Source of the DNA: Acidobacteriota bacterium
GTDB taxonomy: Bacteria; Acidobacteriota; UBA6911; RPQK01; JANQFM01
Direction: 5' to 3'
DNA: 64,000 bases
Assembly: GCA_041630155.1 (NCBI GenBank)
Contig: JBFKLX010000001.1
Location: 747 to 64,746, forward strand
The notes under the pieces were generated by a model. That model saw nothing but the letters and a program-made list of their open reading frames with translations, searched no databases and was not told the DNA's origin. Within the stretch, counting starts at the first letter, position 1, and each line of letters begins with the position of its first letter. Positions 1-10,175 of the stretch are shown here, piece by piece. A program made the translations under genes and the position numbers.

Positions 1-1002
1 TCGACCAGCAGTTCGATTGCCGGTGCAGGTTGCTCGGGAGGAACTTCGATTCCCAGGCGGACGGGGACATGGACCCGCCCGTCCAGGAATTTGAAATACC
101 CGACCCCCACCTCGACCGGTAGCTCGCCGAAGAAGATCCGGCTTTCGACCCACTTTCGAAGTCGTTCCCGGCGCTCCAACTTCTCATCCAGGACTTCACC
201 CGAGGGGCGTTGCAGGTCGGCCAGCGCCTGGTGCCGTTGAAACTGGTCCACCGCCGGAGTGTGGGGGTGGAACGCGCTGCGCAGCAGTTCGTCCAGATCC
301 ACGAAGCGGGGTTGCCCCGCGTAGATCACCCGGTAATCGTTGGTCAGGTAGAGGCCGGGCCGTGTGGCAAACCCTTTGATCGTTTGGTCCCGTTCCACGC
401 GTTGAGAGACATCGGAGTTGGGATCCACCCGCTTGACCCAGCGCTCGACTTCGTAGAGAGGGTTCGGCCGCATCTTCGCGAAGATGACGCTGAAGACACC
501 TGCAACCGAGCGAGAGCCCTCCACCTGGAAGTAGGTCCAGGCTTCGCTCTCCGGAGATTGAATCTCGACTTCGGCGACTGGGGTGGGGCCCCCTCCCGGA
601 TTCAGGATCGAGGTCGGCCGCTGCACGGTCACGCGCACCTTGCGTCCGAAGGAATAGCGAACATCGTCCGGTGGGCCGTGAATGATGTAGATTCTGCCCC
701 TCTCCGTGCGCCAACCGGGTTTTCCTTCGTTCCCGAAATGCTGATTGGCGTAGTCGATGCGGCGAGTATGTTCCTCCTGAAACTCGTTGGACTCGGTGGC
801 CGGGTCCGGGTCCCGGCGCTGCCAGAAATACTCTAGAAAGGCCTCACGGTGCGTCTCGCTCTCGAGGGCCAGAAACTCCTCTTTTTCACGATTGGAGATG
901 ATGTAGGGTACTTCTTCCTGCAGCCAGCGCTGATGCTTTTCCGGGAGTGGGTCTCGAACGGAACCGGGTAGGAACAAAGCCAGGAGCAAGGTAGCGATCA
1001 TT
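1..1002 (-). CDS. GWxTD domain-containing secreted protein (5' part only; continues beyond window start)
   Basis: I translated the minus frame by hand from the ATG at 1002. The N-terminus MIATLLLALFLPGS is signal-like. YFWQRRDPDP and PGWRTERGRIYIIHGPPDD (the GWxTxRG motif) closely parallel QFWLRRDPDP and GWMTDRGKIYIIHGPPDE in the paralog at 36810-38432. The frame is open to position 1. It is not in the ORF track because it is truncated. Confidence 0.7.
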
Positions 1003-1272
1003 GCCGCCTCTGACGAGAGCCCGGTTTCGGATTCCGGTTGCCATGGCCCCGGCCAAACCCAAGACTTTCCACGCCGATGCAGCCGGTGCGTCCGTCTCTT
1101 TCTTTGTACTGCTTTTGCGTCAGCGGGTCAAATCCGCTGCTGCGGGAGGCTTCGCTGCGTCCCAAGCGACTTGGGGTCGCCGAAACCGCCTGACGGCGCC
1201 GGGCAGCAGGTGGCAGCAAGGCAGGGTTTGCCAATGAGGAAGTCATGGCTGCCCAGGCAGGAAGAGAGGGTC

Positions 1273-1293
1273 CGCGGGGGAGGTCCACCCCCG
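1273..1293 (-). terminator. GC-rich hairpin downstream of TPR gene (possible intrinsic terminator without U-tract)
   Basis: GCGGGGG-AGGTCCA-CCCCCGC forms a perfect 7-bp stem with a 7-nt loop, about 30 nt past the stop at 1321 on the minus strand. No T-run follows. Confidence 0.25.
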
Positions 1294-1320
1294 CCGCTCG
1301 GCAGGCAATGGGCGGCGTGT

Positions 1321-2517
1321 CTAATCCTGCTGCCGCTTCTGGAACTCCTGCATCAGCCGGCGGCCCTCTTCGATCTCTCCGCTGCGAAAGTAAAGCTGGG
1401 CCAGGTGAAAATAGGGCTCGGCCAGGTCAGGGTCCTTCCGGATCACCTCTTGCAGAAGTTGTCTGGCTTTTTCCAGCTGGCCGAGGTGGAGAGCGACTCG
1501 CGCCGAGAAATATTGAAACAGGGGTTGGCCATGGAAGGACGCAGGAAGGCCCGAGAGCAGGTCCCCGGCCCTTTCGAAGCGACCGCTGCGGATGGCCAGT
1601 TCGGCGGCCAGCAGCCGGGCCTGGTTTCCCGTCTCGCCGGGCGCCTCGAGCAGCGGCTGCAGCAACTCTTCGGAGGCGGTGTCCCGACCCGCCCGGAACT
1701 GGAGTTTTGCCAGTGCCAGGAGAGCGCCCTGATCCTCGCCGGCCGCCTCCAGGTATTGCTCGTAGTGCTCGATGGCGGGGTCGTAGCGCTTCAGATTGTC
1801 GTACTCACGGGCCAGGTAGAGGTGGGTGCGGGCGCCGTCCAGCGGAAGGCCCAGTTCTCGCTTCACGTCTTCGGCCAGCGAAGCCAGTCCTTGGGTCGGC
1901 ATGTTGCGGACCAGCTGGCGGTAGAAATACTGGTTGGCCGCCTCGAAATCCTGCTGAAAGGCCCGCGAAAGCTGTTGCAGGGCAGGTGGTCCCTGGCCCA
2001 GTTTGAACAGGACGAGAGCCAGGTTGACACGGCTCTCGATCGCGCCCGGAACCCGCTGCAGGAAATCGCTGTAGGTCTGGATGGCCTGCTCGTAACGCTC
2101 CTGGCTGAGATAGAGGAAAGCCAGCAGGTGGGCGAAGTGCTCGTCCTCGGGGCGATCGCGCAGCAGAGCCTGAAGTTCCGCCTCGGCCTCCGCCTTCTGG
2201 CCCGCCTTGAGCCGCGCTTCGTAAAGCGTCACCCGCTGCGCGAGGGAGAGCGGCTGCTTGGGGCGAGAGCTTTCCAGTATCTCCACCACCCGGCTCCAGT
2301 GGTTCAACCGGGTGGAGACTTCGACCGCCAGGTCTAGATGCTGGGCGCCCAGCCCGGAGTCCCGCTCGAGCTTGCGCCAGACCTCCTCGGCCTGCAGCCA
2401 CTGGCCGTTTTCAGCGAATCTTCGTGCCTGTTCGGCCAGAGACTGGGGTGACACGGCGGCGGGAGCAGCAAGCAGCGACCAGGCGAGAAGGGTCAAAGTC
2501 GAGACTCTGCGGATCAA
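1321..2517 (-). CDS. secreted TPR-repeat protein
   Basis: 398 aa. The N-terminal signal peptide is MIRRVSTLTLLAWSLLAAPAAV. TPR-like helical repeats (A/L/E/Y-rich 34-residue periodicity) run throughout. The start sits about 3 nt from the upstream gene's stop (2514). Confidence 0.75.
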   Translation of the reverse strand: MIRRVSTLTLLAWSLLAAPAAVSPQSLAEQARRFAENGQWLQAEEVWRKLERDSGLGAQHLDLAVEVSTRLNHWSRVVEILESSRPKQPLSLAQRVTLYEARLKAGQKAEAEAELQALLRDRPEDEHFAHLLAFLYLSQERYEQAIQTYSDFLQRVPGAIESRVNLALVLFKLGQGPPALQQLSRAFQQDFEAANQYFYRQLVRNMPTQGLASLAEDVKRELGLPLDGARTHLYLAREYDNLKRYDPAIEHYEQYLEAAGEDQGALLALAKLQFRAGRDTASEELLQPLLEAPGETGNQARLLAAELAIRSGRFERAGDLLSGLPASFHGQPLFQYFSARVALHLGQLEKARQLLQEVIRKDPDLAEPYFHLAQLYFRSGEIEEGRRLMQEFQKRQQD

Positions 2518-4817
2518 GGCTGGCCCTCCGTTCGAGTTTTCAGAGCGGCTTTGCGTGCCTTCAGCTCGCGCCGGTCTTTTTCCAGCGACTCCTGCAGCTC
2601 CCGGAAGCGTTCCAGGTGGCGGCGCGAGGCGGCCAGGTCGCCCAGCTGGCGGTACAGGTCGCCTAAAACATAATGGGCCCGGGGGTGGTCGGGCTGCCGG
2701 CCCACCACACCCAGCAGCAGACCGAGAGCTTCCACTCGCTCACCGCTCTGGGAGAGCATCCTCCCCAGCTCGTACTGTAGAGAGTCTGATTGCGTTTCGA
2801 TCTTCAGGCCGCGCCGAAGCCAGGCGATCGCCGAGTCCCGGTCGCCGGCTTGCCAGTAGCAGAGAGCCAGCTGCTGGATGCCGTTGATGTTCTCCGGCTC
2901 CAGTTCCACCGCCTGCTCCATCACCGGGACGGCTCGCTCGGCTCTTCCGGAATCCAGGTAGAGCTTGCCCAGCAGCATTCGAGTCTGCCAGGGGCGATAG
3001 CCGGACACGAGCAACTGCTCGAGCAGCGGTTCCGATTCCCCGAAGCGGAGCTGGCGCAGAAAGACGTGCGCCAGCTGCAGCCGAGCCTCCGGTGAGTTCT
3101 GGTCCCGGAGCAGCCCCTCCGCTTCTTCGTAGAGGGCATTCTCCGTCAGGAGATGGCTCAGCTGGAGCAGCGGCTCGCCCTGCGGAACAGCTTCGCGAGC
3201 GATCTCCAGCGCTTCGGACGTCAGCTCCAAATCCAGTAGGAGAGCGACCAGCTGCAGCACGTGGGGCACCTCCAGCCGGCTGGGCTGCAACTGGCGCAGC
3301 AGCCCGTAAGACGTCTCGAAATCGCGGCGCTCGTATGCCAGCTCGGCTTTGGTGAGCACCACGGCCGGGCTGTCCGGCCGCTGCCGGGCGGCCCGATCCA
3401 GCAGATTTGCCGCTTCAGGAAATGTGCCCTGCCGGATTGCTGAGCGGGCCAACCCCAACAGGGCAGGGACGTATTCGGGCTGGAGCTGCAGCGCCCTCCG
3501 CCACTGCAGGTTGGCGGAATCCAAACGGCCCTGGGCGTAGAGGCGGGCTCCCGCGGCGGCCCGGGCCTGGGCAGCCAGCCCCCGCAGCGATGCGTCCTGG
3601 GGTGATTGTGCCCCGGCTCGTTCCAACAGGTCGCCGGCTTGTTCGAACTCCCCTCGAGACATCCACTCGAGCGCCTGTTCTCTGGCCTTCTGGGCATCAG
3701 GCGAGAGGTTGGCCGAGTTGGGGCCTGGAGATCCTCGAGGTGTCTCCGGGGCTGATCGGTTCTGCTCCATCTCCTGCAGCTGCCGCAGGAGATTGCGGGC
3801 CGGCTCGTAATCGGCGTGTAGCTCGAGAAGGTCTTCCAGTTCGCTGCGCGCTTCTTCCATCCGATCCAGGCGGGCCAGGGCGACGGCGGCGTTCACCCGC
3901 GCGTCCAGCTGCGAGGGGCTCAGCGTCGCGGCCAGGCGAAAGCTCTGCAAGGCCCCTTCGAGGTCGGAGGAGGCTCGAGCCAACCCCAGATTGTAGTGGG
4001 CCGAGGCCAGCAGCGGATTGATTTCCACGGCGCGACCGGCCGAGGCGAGTGCTGCCTGCTGGTCCCCCGTCGCCAGCTGCAGCGCAGCCAGGTTGACATG
4101 GGCCTCCGCGTAGTCGGGTTTGGCCTCGATGGCCTTCTGGAATGCGTGCAGAGCCGAGTAGGGATCTCCTTCGGCGGCGTAAAGCTTGCCCAGGTTGTAG
4201 TGAGCCTGGGCGAAGTCGGGGGCCAGCTGCAGGGCTCGCCGGTAGCTCTTCTCTTCCAAGTCCGGCTGATTCAGCAGACCGTAGACCACCCCCAAAGAGA
4301 AGTGCCCCTGGGGAAAGTCGGGGAACAGCAAGAGGGCCTGCAGGTAGGAGTCGCGCGCGCCCTCCAGCTGGTCCTGCTCCAGGAATGCGTCTCCCTGCTC
4401 CTGCAGCCGGGTGACGCGTTCATGGAAATCGCGCTTCATTCGGTACAGCAGCACCCACTCGAGCCTGGGCTGGAAGGGAGGGCTGACCTGACCTGGTCGC
4501 AGAGGAGCTGCGGCCCTCCGGAACGAGTCGTTGAGCCGATCCAGCCAAACGAAGCCGAGGTAGCCGCCGCGTTCGGCGCTGGGGTCGATGGAATGTTGCT
4601 GCGCCAGCTTTTCGAAGGGTTCGCCCCTTTGGAATGCGGCCCGCAACTCCTCCGCCTCGGCGCGGCTCCGGACCGCGATCAGCCGCAGGTAGCGCGCGCC
4701 TTCCGCGGCGGCTGCCATCTGCACCAGCAGCAGCACCACAAACAGCGCAGGCAGGAACAACTTGATTGCGGGCTGGGGCTGCCTCAATGTTCCGCGCTCC
4801 TCCTTAGCGGCCATGGT
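2514..4817 (-). CDS. periplasmic parvulin-type (PpiC) PPIase domain fused to a long TPR-repeat region
   Basis: The likely start is MAAKEERG at 4817; the ORF-track N-terminus before that is Arg-rich overlap junk. It has a signal/TM stretch LFLPALFVVLLLV. The parvulin signature is FEKLAQQHSIDPSAERGGYLGFVWLD...PGQVSPPFQ. About 650 aa of TPR repeats follow. Confidence 0.7.
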   Translation of the reverse strand, partial: TMAAKEERGTLRQPQPAIKLFLPALFVVLLLVQMAAAAEGARYLRLIAVRSRAEAEELRAAFQRGEPFEKLAQQHSIDPSAERGGYLGFVWLDRLNDSFRRAAAPLRPGQVSPPFQPRLEWVLLYRMKRDFHERVTRLQEQGDAFLEQDQLEGARDSYLQALLLFPDFPQGHFSLGVVYGLLNQPDLEEKSYRRALQLAPDFAQAHYNLGKLYAAEGDPYSALHAFQKAIEAKPDYAEAHVNLAALQLATGDQQAALASAGRAVEINPLLASAHYNLGLARASSDLEGALQSFRLAATLSPSQLDARVNAAVALARLDRMEEARSELEDLLELHADYEPARNLLRQLQEMEQNRSAPETPRGSPGPNSANLSPDAQKAREQALEWMSRGEFEQAGDLLERAGAQSPQDASLRGLAAQARAAAGARLYAQGRLDSANLQWRRALQLQPEYVPALLGLARSAIRQGTFPEAANLLDRAARQRPDSPAVVLTKAELAYERRDFETSYGLLRQLQPSRLEVPHVLQLVALLLDLELTSEALEIAREAVPQGEPLLQLSHLLTENALYEEAEGLLRDQNSPEARLQLAHVFLRQLRFGESEPLLEQLLVSGYRPWQTRMLLGKLYLDSGRAERAVPVMEQAVELEPENINGIQQLALCYWQAGDRDSAIAWLRRGLKIETQSDSLQYELGRMLSQSGERVEALGLLLGVVGRQPDHPRAHYVLGDLYRQLGDLAASRRHLERFRELQESLEKDRRELKARKAALKTRTEGQP

Positions 4818-5988
4818 GGGCCGGAGTGGCGGTGCTCGAATCGGGCACCACACGGATCCAGTGGTCTCGCAGCCGGAAGTTCCCGGCGCGGTCCACCACC
4901 GGCATGTGACACTGGACGCAGTTTCCTCCGGGTTGCAGGTTGCAGACCACCGAGCCCGGCTGCGCATCCCCGTGACAGCTGGCGCAGGTCTCGTTGTACA
5001 CGGGCTCGTCGTGGCGGGCGTTGCGGTGCGGATCGTGGCAGCTGATGCAGGACAAGCCGGCCTGACTCTGAATGTAGCACTGGGACCGGGCCAGCGCGTT
5101 GACCTGGTTGGAGATCAGCAGATCTTTGGGCCGGGGCTGGGACATGGGCGAAAAGCCGCTATGGCAATGCCCGCACAATTCCATCACCCCGGAGTGGCTG
5201 AGCCGGGCCGGATTGACGATGCCCAGGTCCTCGCCTCCGCCTTCGAGCGCCTGCAGATGACGGCCGCCGGGCCCGTGGCAGCGCTCGCAACCCACCCCCG
5301 TGTCCACGAATACGGGCCGGGGGCCGCCCCGCGCCGCGAGCTCGGAGTCCCGAATCCCGCCGTGGCAGTCCAGGCACTTCTCGGTGAATTCGGGGCTCAG
5401 AACCCGTCCTACCGCCGTCGCGTAATCGAGTGGAGCCTCCCGGGGAAAGCCGGGCGAGAGTTTCAGTCGCCCTGTTTCCGCTTCGATGAAGTAACGCGCT
5501 TCGACCAGAGCCGCGCGCGGCAAGGCTCTCCCCTCGATTGCGGAAACTTCCAGCAGCAGGCTGTGCCCGAAGCGTTCTCCTCCCACGATCGAGTGAACCG
5601 GAAAACGCTGGGGGGGGCGGCCCGGCAGCGCAACCTCGAAGGTCCAGGCCCCGCCGGTCTGTCCGATGGAGTAACGGATCCCTTCCTCCTGGACGCTGCG
5701 TTCGAAGCGGAGATCGGCCAGTCGGCCGGCCGGCTTCCAACTGGCGAAAAAATTGCTGCCTCGATGCTGCCCGGCGCGATCCTCGTGACAGTCGGAGCAG
5801 ACCTGGCGGCCCAGGTATTCGCCCGCCACCTCGTCTTCCCCCACGGTGCGGGCCAGCGCCTGCAGGCCCCAGGTGCAGATCGCCAGGGCCGGCAGCAGGG
5901 CCAGCAAGATCCTCCCGGCGGCTCCGTCACTGCCTGCAGCCGGCGGTTGTTTCGCCCCTTCCCTGGGTGGCCGTCCTTTCTCACGCAT
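4804..5988 (-). CDS. multiheme c-type cytochrome (7 CxxCH motifs)
   Basis: There are seven heme-binding motifs: CSDCH, CLDCH, CERCH, CGHCH, CISCH, CASCH and CVQCH. The signal peptide follows MREKGRPP (start chosen at 5988; the ORF track's longer start at 6120 would overlap the divergent gene). The stop is 10 nt before the downstream parvulin-TPR start. Confidence 0.8.
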   Translation of the reverse strand: MREKGRPPREGAKQPPAAGSDGAAGRILLALLPALAICTWGLQALARTVGEDEVAGEYLGRQVCSDCHEDRAGQHRGSNFFASWKPAGRLADLRFERSVQEEGIRYSIGQTGGAWTFEVALPGRPPQRFPVHSIVGGERFGHSLLLEVSAIEGRALPRAALVEARYFIEAETGRLKLSPGFPREAPLDYATAVGRVLSPEFTEKCLDCHGGIRDSELAARGGPRPVFVDTGVGCERCHGPGGRHLQALEGGGEDLGIVNPARLSHSGVMELCGHCHSGFSPMSQPRPKDLLISNQVNALARSQCYIQSQAGLSCISCHDPHRNARHDEPVYNETCASCHGDAQPGSVVCNLQPGGNCVQCHMPVVDRAGNFRLRDHWIRVVPDSSTATPAHHGR

Positions 5989-6020
5989 CGAGACCGTATT
6001 GTACAATTTTGAGGGTCTGA

Positions 6021-7933
6021 TGATGTGGATGAGGAGATCCCTGATTGCCGCCCTGTTTTGGATGTTGCCGGCGGTCGGCTCTTTGTGGGCCGAGAACCTG
6101 CTGCTCGTCTCCGTGGACACCCTGCGGGCGGACCGGCTCAGCTGTTACGGTTATCCGGGTAACCGCACCCCCGCCATCGACCGCTGGGCCGCGGAGGGCG
6201 TCCTCTTCGAGCGCGCCTACGCCGAGGTGCCGCTGACGCTTCCCTCGCACGCGTCCTTGTTGACCGGCACCACGCCGCTGCGCCACGGGGTCCGGGACAA
6301 CACGGGATTCGTACTCCCGGAAAGCAGGTTGACGTTGGCCGAGCAGCTTCGCCAGGCCGGCTTCGAGACCGGTGCTTTCATCAGCGCCTATGTGCTGGCC
6401 TCCCGGTTCGGGCTGGCACAGGGGTTCGAGACCTACGACGAGTCCTTCCCGGCGCCCGTCGACGGCCTGATGTCGACCAATTCGCTACGGCGCGACGGAA
6501 GGGACACCACCCAACGTCTGCTGGAGTGGCTGGAGGGGCGGGGAGAGCGCCCTTTCTTCGCCTGGTTGCACCTGTACGACCCTCACACGCCCTACCGGGG
6601 AAGCTACGACCAGGAGGTTTCGCGCGTCGATGCCAGCATCCAGGCCATCGACCAGCAGTTGCGGCGGCTCCATTTACTCGAGAGGACGCACATCGTCCTG
6701 GTCGCCGACCATGGAGAGGGGCTGGGAGAGCATGACGAGTCCACCCACGGCCTCCTGATTTACGATTCCACCCTGCGGGTTCCGTGGATCATCCGGCCGG
6801 CCGGGGGATTCGAGCCGGGAGTCGAGCGGGTTCGGCAAGCCTTCTCGCTGATCGACGTGATGCCGACGGTCCTGCAGCTGCTGGGGCTCGAAGTTCCTCC
6901 CGGGATCGAAGGCCGCAGCGCATTGCGCAGCCTGACGGGCCGGGAAGAACGCCCCCGGGGCTTGTACGCGGAATCGCTCATGGCACAGCTGCAGTTCGGC
7001 TGGAGCCCGTTGCGCAGCTGGCGTACAGATCGATACAAGTTCATCGAGGCCCCCCGCCCGGAGCTCTACGATCTGCAGCAGGATCCGGGCGAGACGCGCA
7101 ACCTGTATTCGGAAGACCAGGCCCTGGCAGCCCGCCTCCGCCAAGAGCTGGAGCGTCTCCTCGGGCGCCACTCCGCGGCCTCCGACTCGGACTCCGCCAC
7201 GGTCCTGCTGGCCGAGGATGCGGAGCGTCTCGCCGCGCTGGGCTACGTGGCCCTGGGTGCGTCTCCACACCCTCGGCAGGGGGGCGGGGCAGATCCCAAG
7301 GACCGTATCCAGGTGTTCGAGCTCTATCAGCGGGTGCTGGGCGCCTTGCACGAGCCGGTGACGCCGCAGCTCTTTGTCCAGATCGAGGAGATCCGGCGCC
7401 TGGACCCCCAGACCCGCGGTTTGGATTATCTGGAAGGCCTGGCCCGGGAACGCGCAGGCCAGGTAACGGCGGCTCGCGACCTGTACCGCGCGGCCTTGGA
7501 GCAGGATCCCGAGAACAACCTGGCCCGCGGCAACCTGGCTCGACTCTATTTGGGATTGCAGCAGTACGGGGAAGCAGAAGCCACTTATCGCGAACTGTTG
7601 CGCCGGGATCCCAGCGACTACCGTTCGCGCAACAATCTGGGCTTGCTGATGCGGCTCGACGGCCGGCCTGAGGAAGCCCAGCAGGAGTTCCAGGAAGTCA
7701 CGCGGCAAACCCCCGACTATGCTCCGGGCTGGGTGAACCTGGGCATCGGGTTGGCCCAGCGCGGAGAATTGGCGGAAGCGGAGAAAGCTCTGCGCCGGGG
7801 ACTCCGGCTGGACGGAGAGAGCGCGGCCGCTTTCTTTCACCTGGGACGGGTGCTGCTGGCCGCCGGCAGACCTGAGGAGGCACGGGAGTATCTGCAGACC
7901 GCCGCCCGGCTGGATCCACGCTTCCAGAGATAG
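6021..7933 (+). CDS. sulfatase-like hydrolase/transferase (alkaline-phosphatase superfamily, Thr nucleophile) fused to C-terminal TPR repeats
   Basis: Start MMWMRRSLIAALFWMLPAVGSLWA (signal peptide). The core is LLLVSVDTLRADRL...TLPSHASLLTG, where the CxPxR position is TLPSH, so the nucleophile is Thr as in LtaS/EptA. The C-terminal third is TPR (YRAALEQDPEN..., LGRVLLAAGRPEEAREYLQTAARLDP). Confidence 0.75.
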
Positions 7934-8018
7934 GAGGCTGGCCGGGAGGCCGCGGAGGAGGGGAGCGAAGCGTCGCGGGGCGCTCTCCCAAGTCCACCAA
8001 CGGGCAGGGAGCGTATTG

Positions 8019-10157
8019 ATGTCGGCTAAGAGGCTTGGAAGGGCAGTCGCCGGTTCGATTCTCCTGGCGCTGTGCGCGTGTGCTTCGCTCACAGCCCAGG
8101 AAAGGCCGTCCGTGGTGCTGGTGTCCATCGACACGCTGCGGGCCGATCACCTGAGGTCAGGCGGCGCCCGGGACGTGTCCACGCCGGCCCTGGACGAGAT
8201 TGCCGCCCAGGGGGTGACGTTCACGCAGGCCGTGACGGTGGCGCCGCTCACCCTTCCCGCCCATGCCAGCCTGATGACTGGAACCTATCCCCACTTCCAC
8301 GGTGTGCGGGACAACAGTGGCTACCGCCTTCCCGAGTCGATTCCGACGTTGGCGGAGAGCTTTGGGAAGGCGGGCTACCAGACGGCCGCCTTTCTGGGGA
8401 GTGCGGTGTTGGATCGGAGTTTCGGGCTGGCTGCCGGGTTCGATCACTACGGCGACCAGTTCGGCCAAGCCGCGGAGCGGCGCGGCCTGCTGGCGGAGCG
8501 CCGCGCCGGGGCCGTCGTCGACGAGGCCCTGGAATGGCTGGGCCGCCGCGGCCAGCGACCCGTCTTCGTCTGGATACACCTGTATGACCCCCACTCCCCC
8601 TACCGGGCTCCCGGCAGTCTGGCCAGGCGCGGCTACAAGGGGGAGATCGAGTATGCCGACTCCCAGCTGGCGCGGCTGTTCGGGTTCTTGAAATCGGAGG
8701 GCTTGTGGGACCGGTCGCTGATCGTGGCGGTGTCCGATCATGGCGAGGACCTGGGACAACACGGGGAGCCCACCCACGGCTTTTTCGTCTACGATACCGT
8801 CTTGCGCGTCCCCTGGCTGATGAAGCTTCCCGGCGGCAGCCCCTCGGGCCTGCGCCTGGACGGCCAGGTCAGTCTCATCGACGTGGCGCCCACGATTGCA
8901 CAGGTGGTCCGGCTGCCGGTCGCGCCGTCGGCCCAGGGCAACGGCCAGCTGGCTGCGATTCTGGGCAAGTCCGATTCGAGTGGGGAAGTCTACGCGGAGA
9001 CACTCTACCCTAGCTTGCACTTCGGTTGGAGCCCCTTGTTCGCGATCCGAACTTCCCGCTACAAATTCGTGGCCGCCCCCCAGCCGGAGCTGTACGACCT
9101 CGAGCAAGACCGCGAGGAGACCGTAAACCTGGCTCAGCGCGAGAGGGCGCTGGCCAATCGGCTGAAGTCCCGCCTGGAGCGGATGCGCCGGTTGCTGCAG
9201 GGGAAGGAGCCCCAAACGGCGCAGCTGGAAATCGATCCCGAACTGCGGGCCCGTCTCAATTCACTGGGTTACGTGACTTCCTCCCGAGGCGACGCTCCGG
9301 CCGGCGCCGACAAGGGCCCCGATCCCAAGCAGAAGATCGGCGTCTATGCGCGGATCTACCAGGGCATGGAGGCGTACACCGAGGGTGATCTAGAGGCGGC
9401 GCAGGGCCATTTTCAGAGCGCGCTGCAGCGGGACCCGGGGGTCCCGCTGGCGCACGACTACCTGGGTTCGACCTACCTGGCCATGGGCAGGCTGACCGAG
9501 GCGATCGCAGCTTACCGGGAGGCCATCCGCCTGGCCCCGACCCGCGTGGAAAGTGCTTCCAACCTGGCCTACGCCTATTTGCAGACCGGCAAACTCGAGG
9601 AAGCCGCGGCGGGTTTCGAACTGGTCACCCAATTGGCGCCCTCGGACTGGCAGGCCTGGCAGCTGCTGGGAGTGGCGCAGCTGCGGCTGGGCCGGCTGGA
9701 TCGAGCCGAGGAGGGTTTCCGGCAGGCCGCCCAGCGGTCGCCCAGGAACCGGCAGGTGCTGTACAACCTGGGGTCGGTCTACCAGCAGCAGGCCAAGCAT
9801 CTGCTGGCGGTAGAGGTTTTTCGCAGGTTGGTCGTCCAGGAACCCGGGGACGCGGAGGCCTGGAACAGCCTGGCCACCAGTTACGAGGCCAGCGGACTGG
9901 TCGACCAAGCCGAACAGGCATACCAGCAAGCGATTCGATCCGATCCCCAGTACGCGGAGGCTTTCTACAACTATGCCAACCTCTTCGCGCGCCGGCAGGA
10001 TCTGGCGCGCTCAGAGGCTCTCTACCGCCAGGCCATCGAAGCCGACCCTTCCTTCGCCCTGGCTTATCGCAACCTGGCGGCCGTGCTCGAACTGCAGGGG
10101 AAGAAAGGCGAGGCCGCGGAATACCGGCAGAAGTTCGAAAGCCTGTCGTCTCCCTAG
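8019..10157 (+). CDS. sulfatase-like hydrolase/transferase (Thr nucleophile) fused to C-terminal TPR repeats; tandem paralog
   Basis: Signal/lipoprotein-like N-terminus SILLALCACASLTAQE. The core is VVLVSIDTLRADHL...TLPAHASLMTG (Thr in the nucleophile slot). A C-terminal TPR region follows. Domain order is the same as in 6021-7933. Confidence 0.75.
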   Translation: MSAKRLGRAVAGSILLALCACASLTAQERPSVVLVSIDTLRADHLRSGGARDVSTPALDEIAAQGVTFTQAVTVAPLTLPAHASLMTGTYPHFHGVRDNSGYRLPESIPTLAESFGKAGYQTAAFLGSAVLDRSFGLAAGFDHYGDQFGQAAERRGLLAERRAGAVVDEALEWLGRRGQRPVFVWIHLYDPHSPYRAPGSLARRGYKGEIEYADSQLARLFGFLKSEGLWDRSLIVAVSDHGEDLGQHGEPTHGFFVYDTVLRVPWLMKLPGGSPSGLRLDGQVSLIDVAPTIAQVVRLPVAPSAQGNGQLAAILGKSDSSGEVYAETLYPSLHFGWSPLFAIRTSRYKFVAAPQPELYDLEQDREETVNLAQRERALANRLKSRLERMRRLLQGKEPQTAQLEIDPELRARLNSLGYVTSSRGDAPAGADKGPDPKQKIGVYARIYQGMEAYTEGDLEAAQGHFQSALQRDPGVPLAHDYLGSTYLAMGRLTEAIAAYREAIRLAPTRVESASNLAYAYLQTGKLEEAAAGFELVTQLAPSDWQAWQLLGVAQLRLGRLDRAEEGFRQAAQRSPRNRQVLYNLGSVYQQQAKHLLAVEVFRRLVVQEPGDAEAWNSLATSYEASGLVDQAEQAYQQAIRSDPQYAEAFYNYANLFARRQDLARSEALYRQAIEADPSFALAYRNLAAVLELQGKKGEAAEYRQKFESLSSP

Positions 10158-10175
10158 CCTGGCTGTCGCCCTCGA

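Noticed and set aside
4784-5080. Small ORFs overlapping the cytochrome c / TPR junction
   Set aside because: They overlap confidently assigned genes in other frames and show no motif support.
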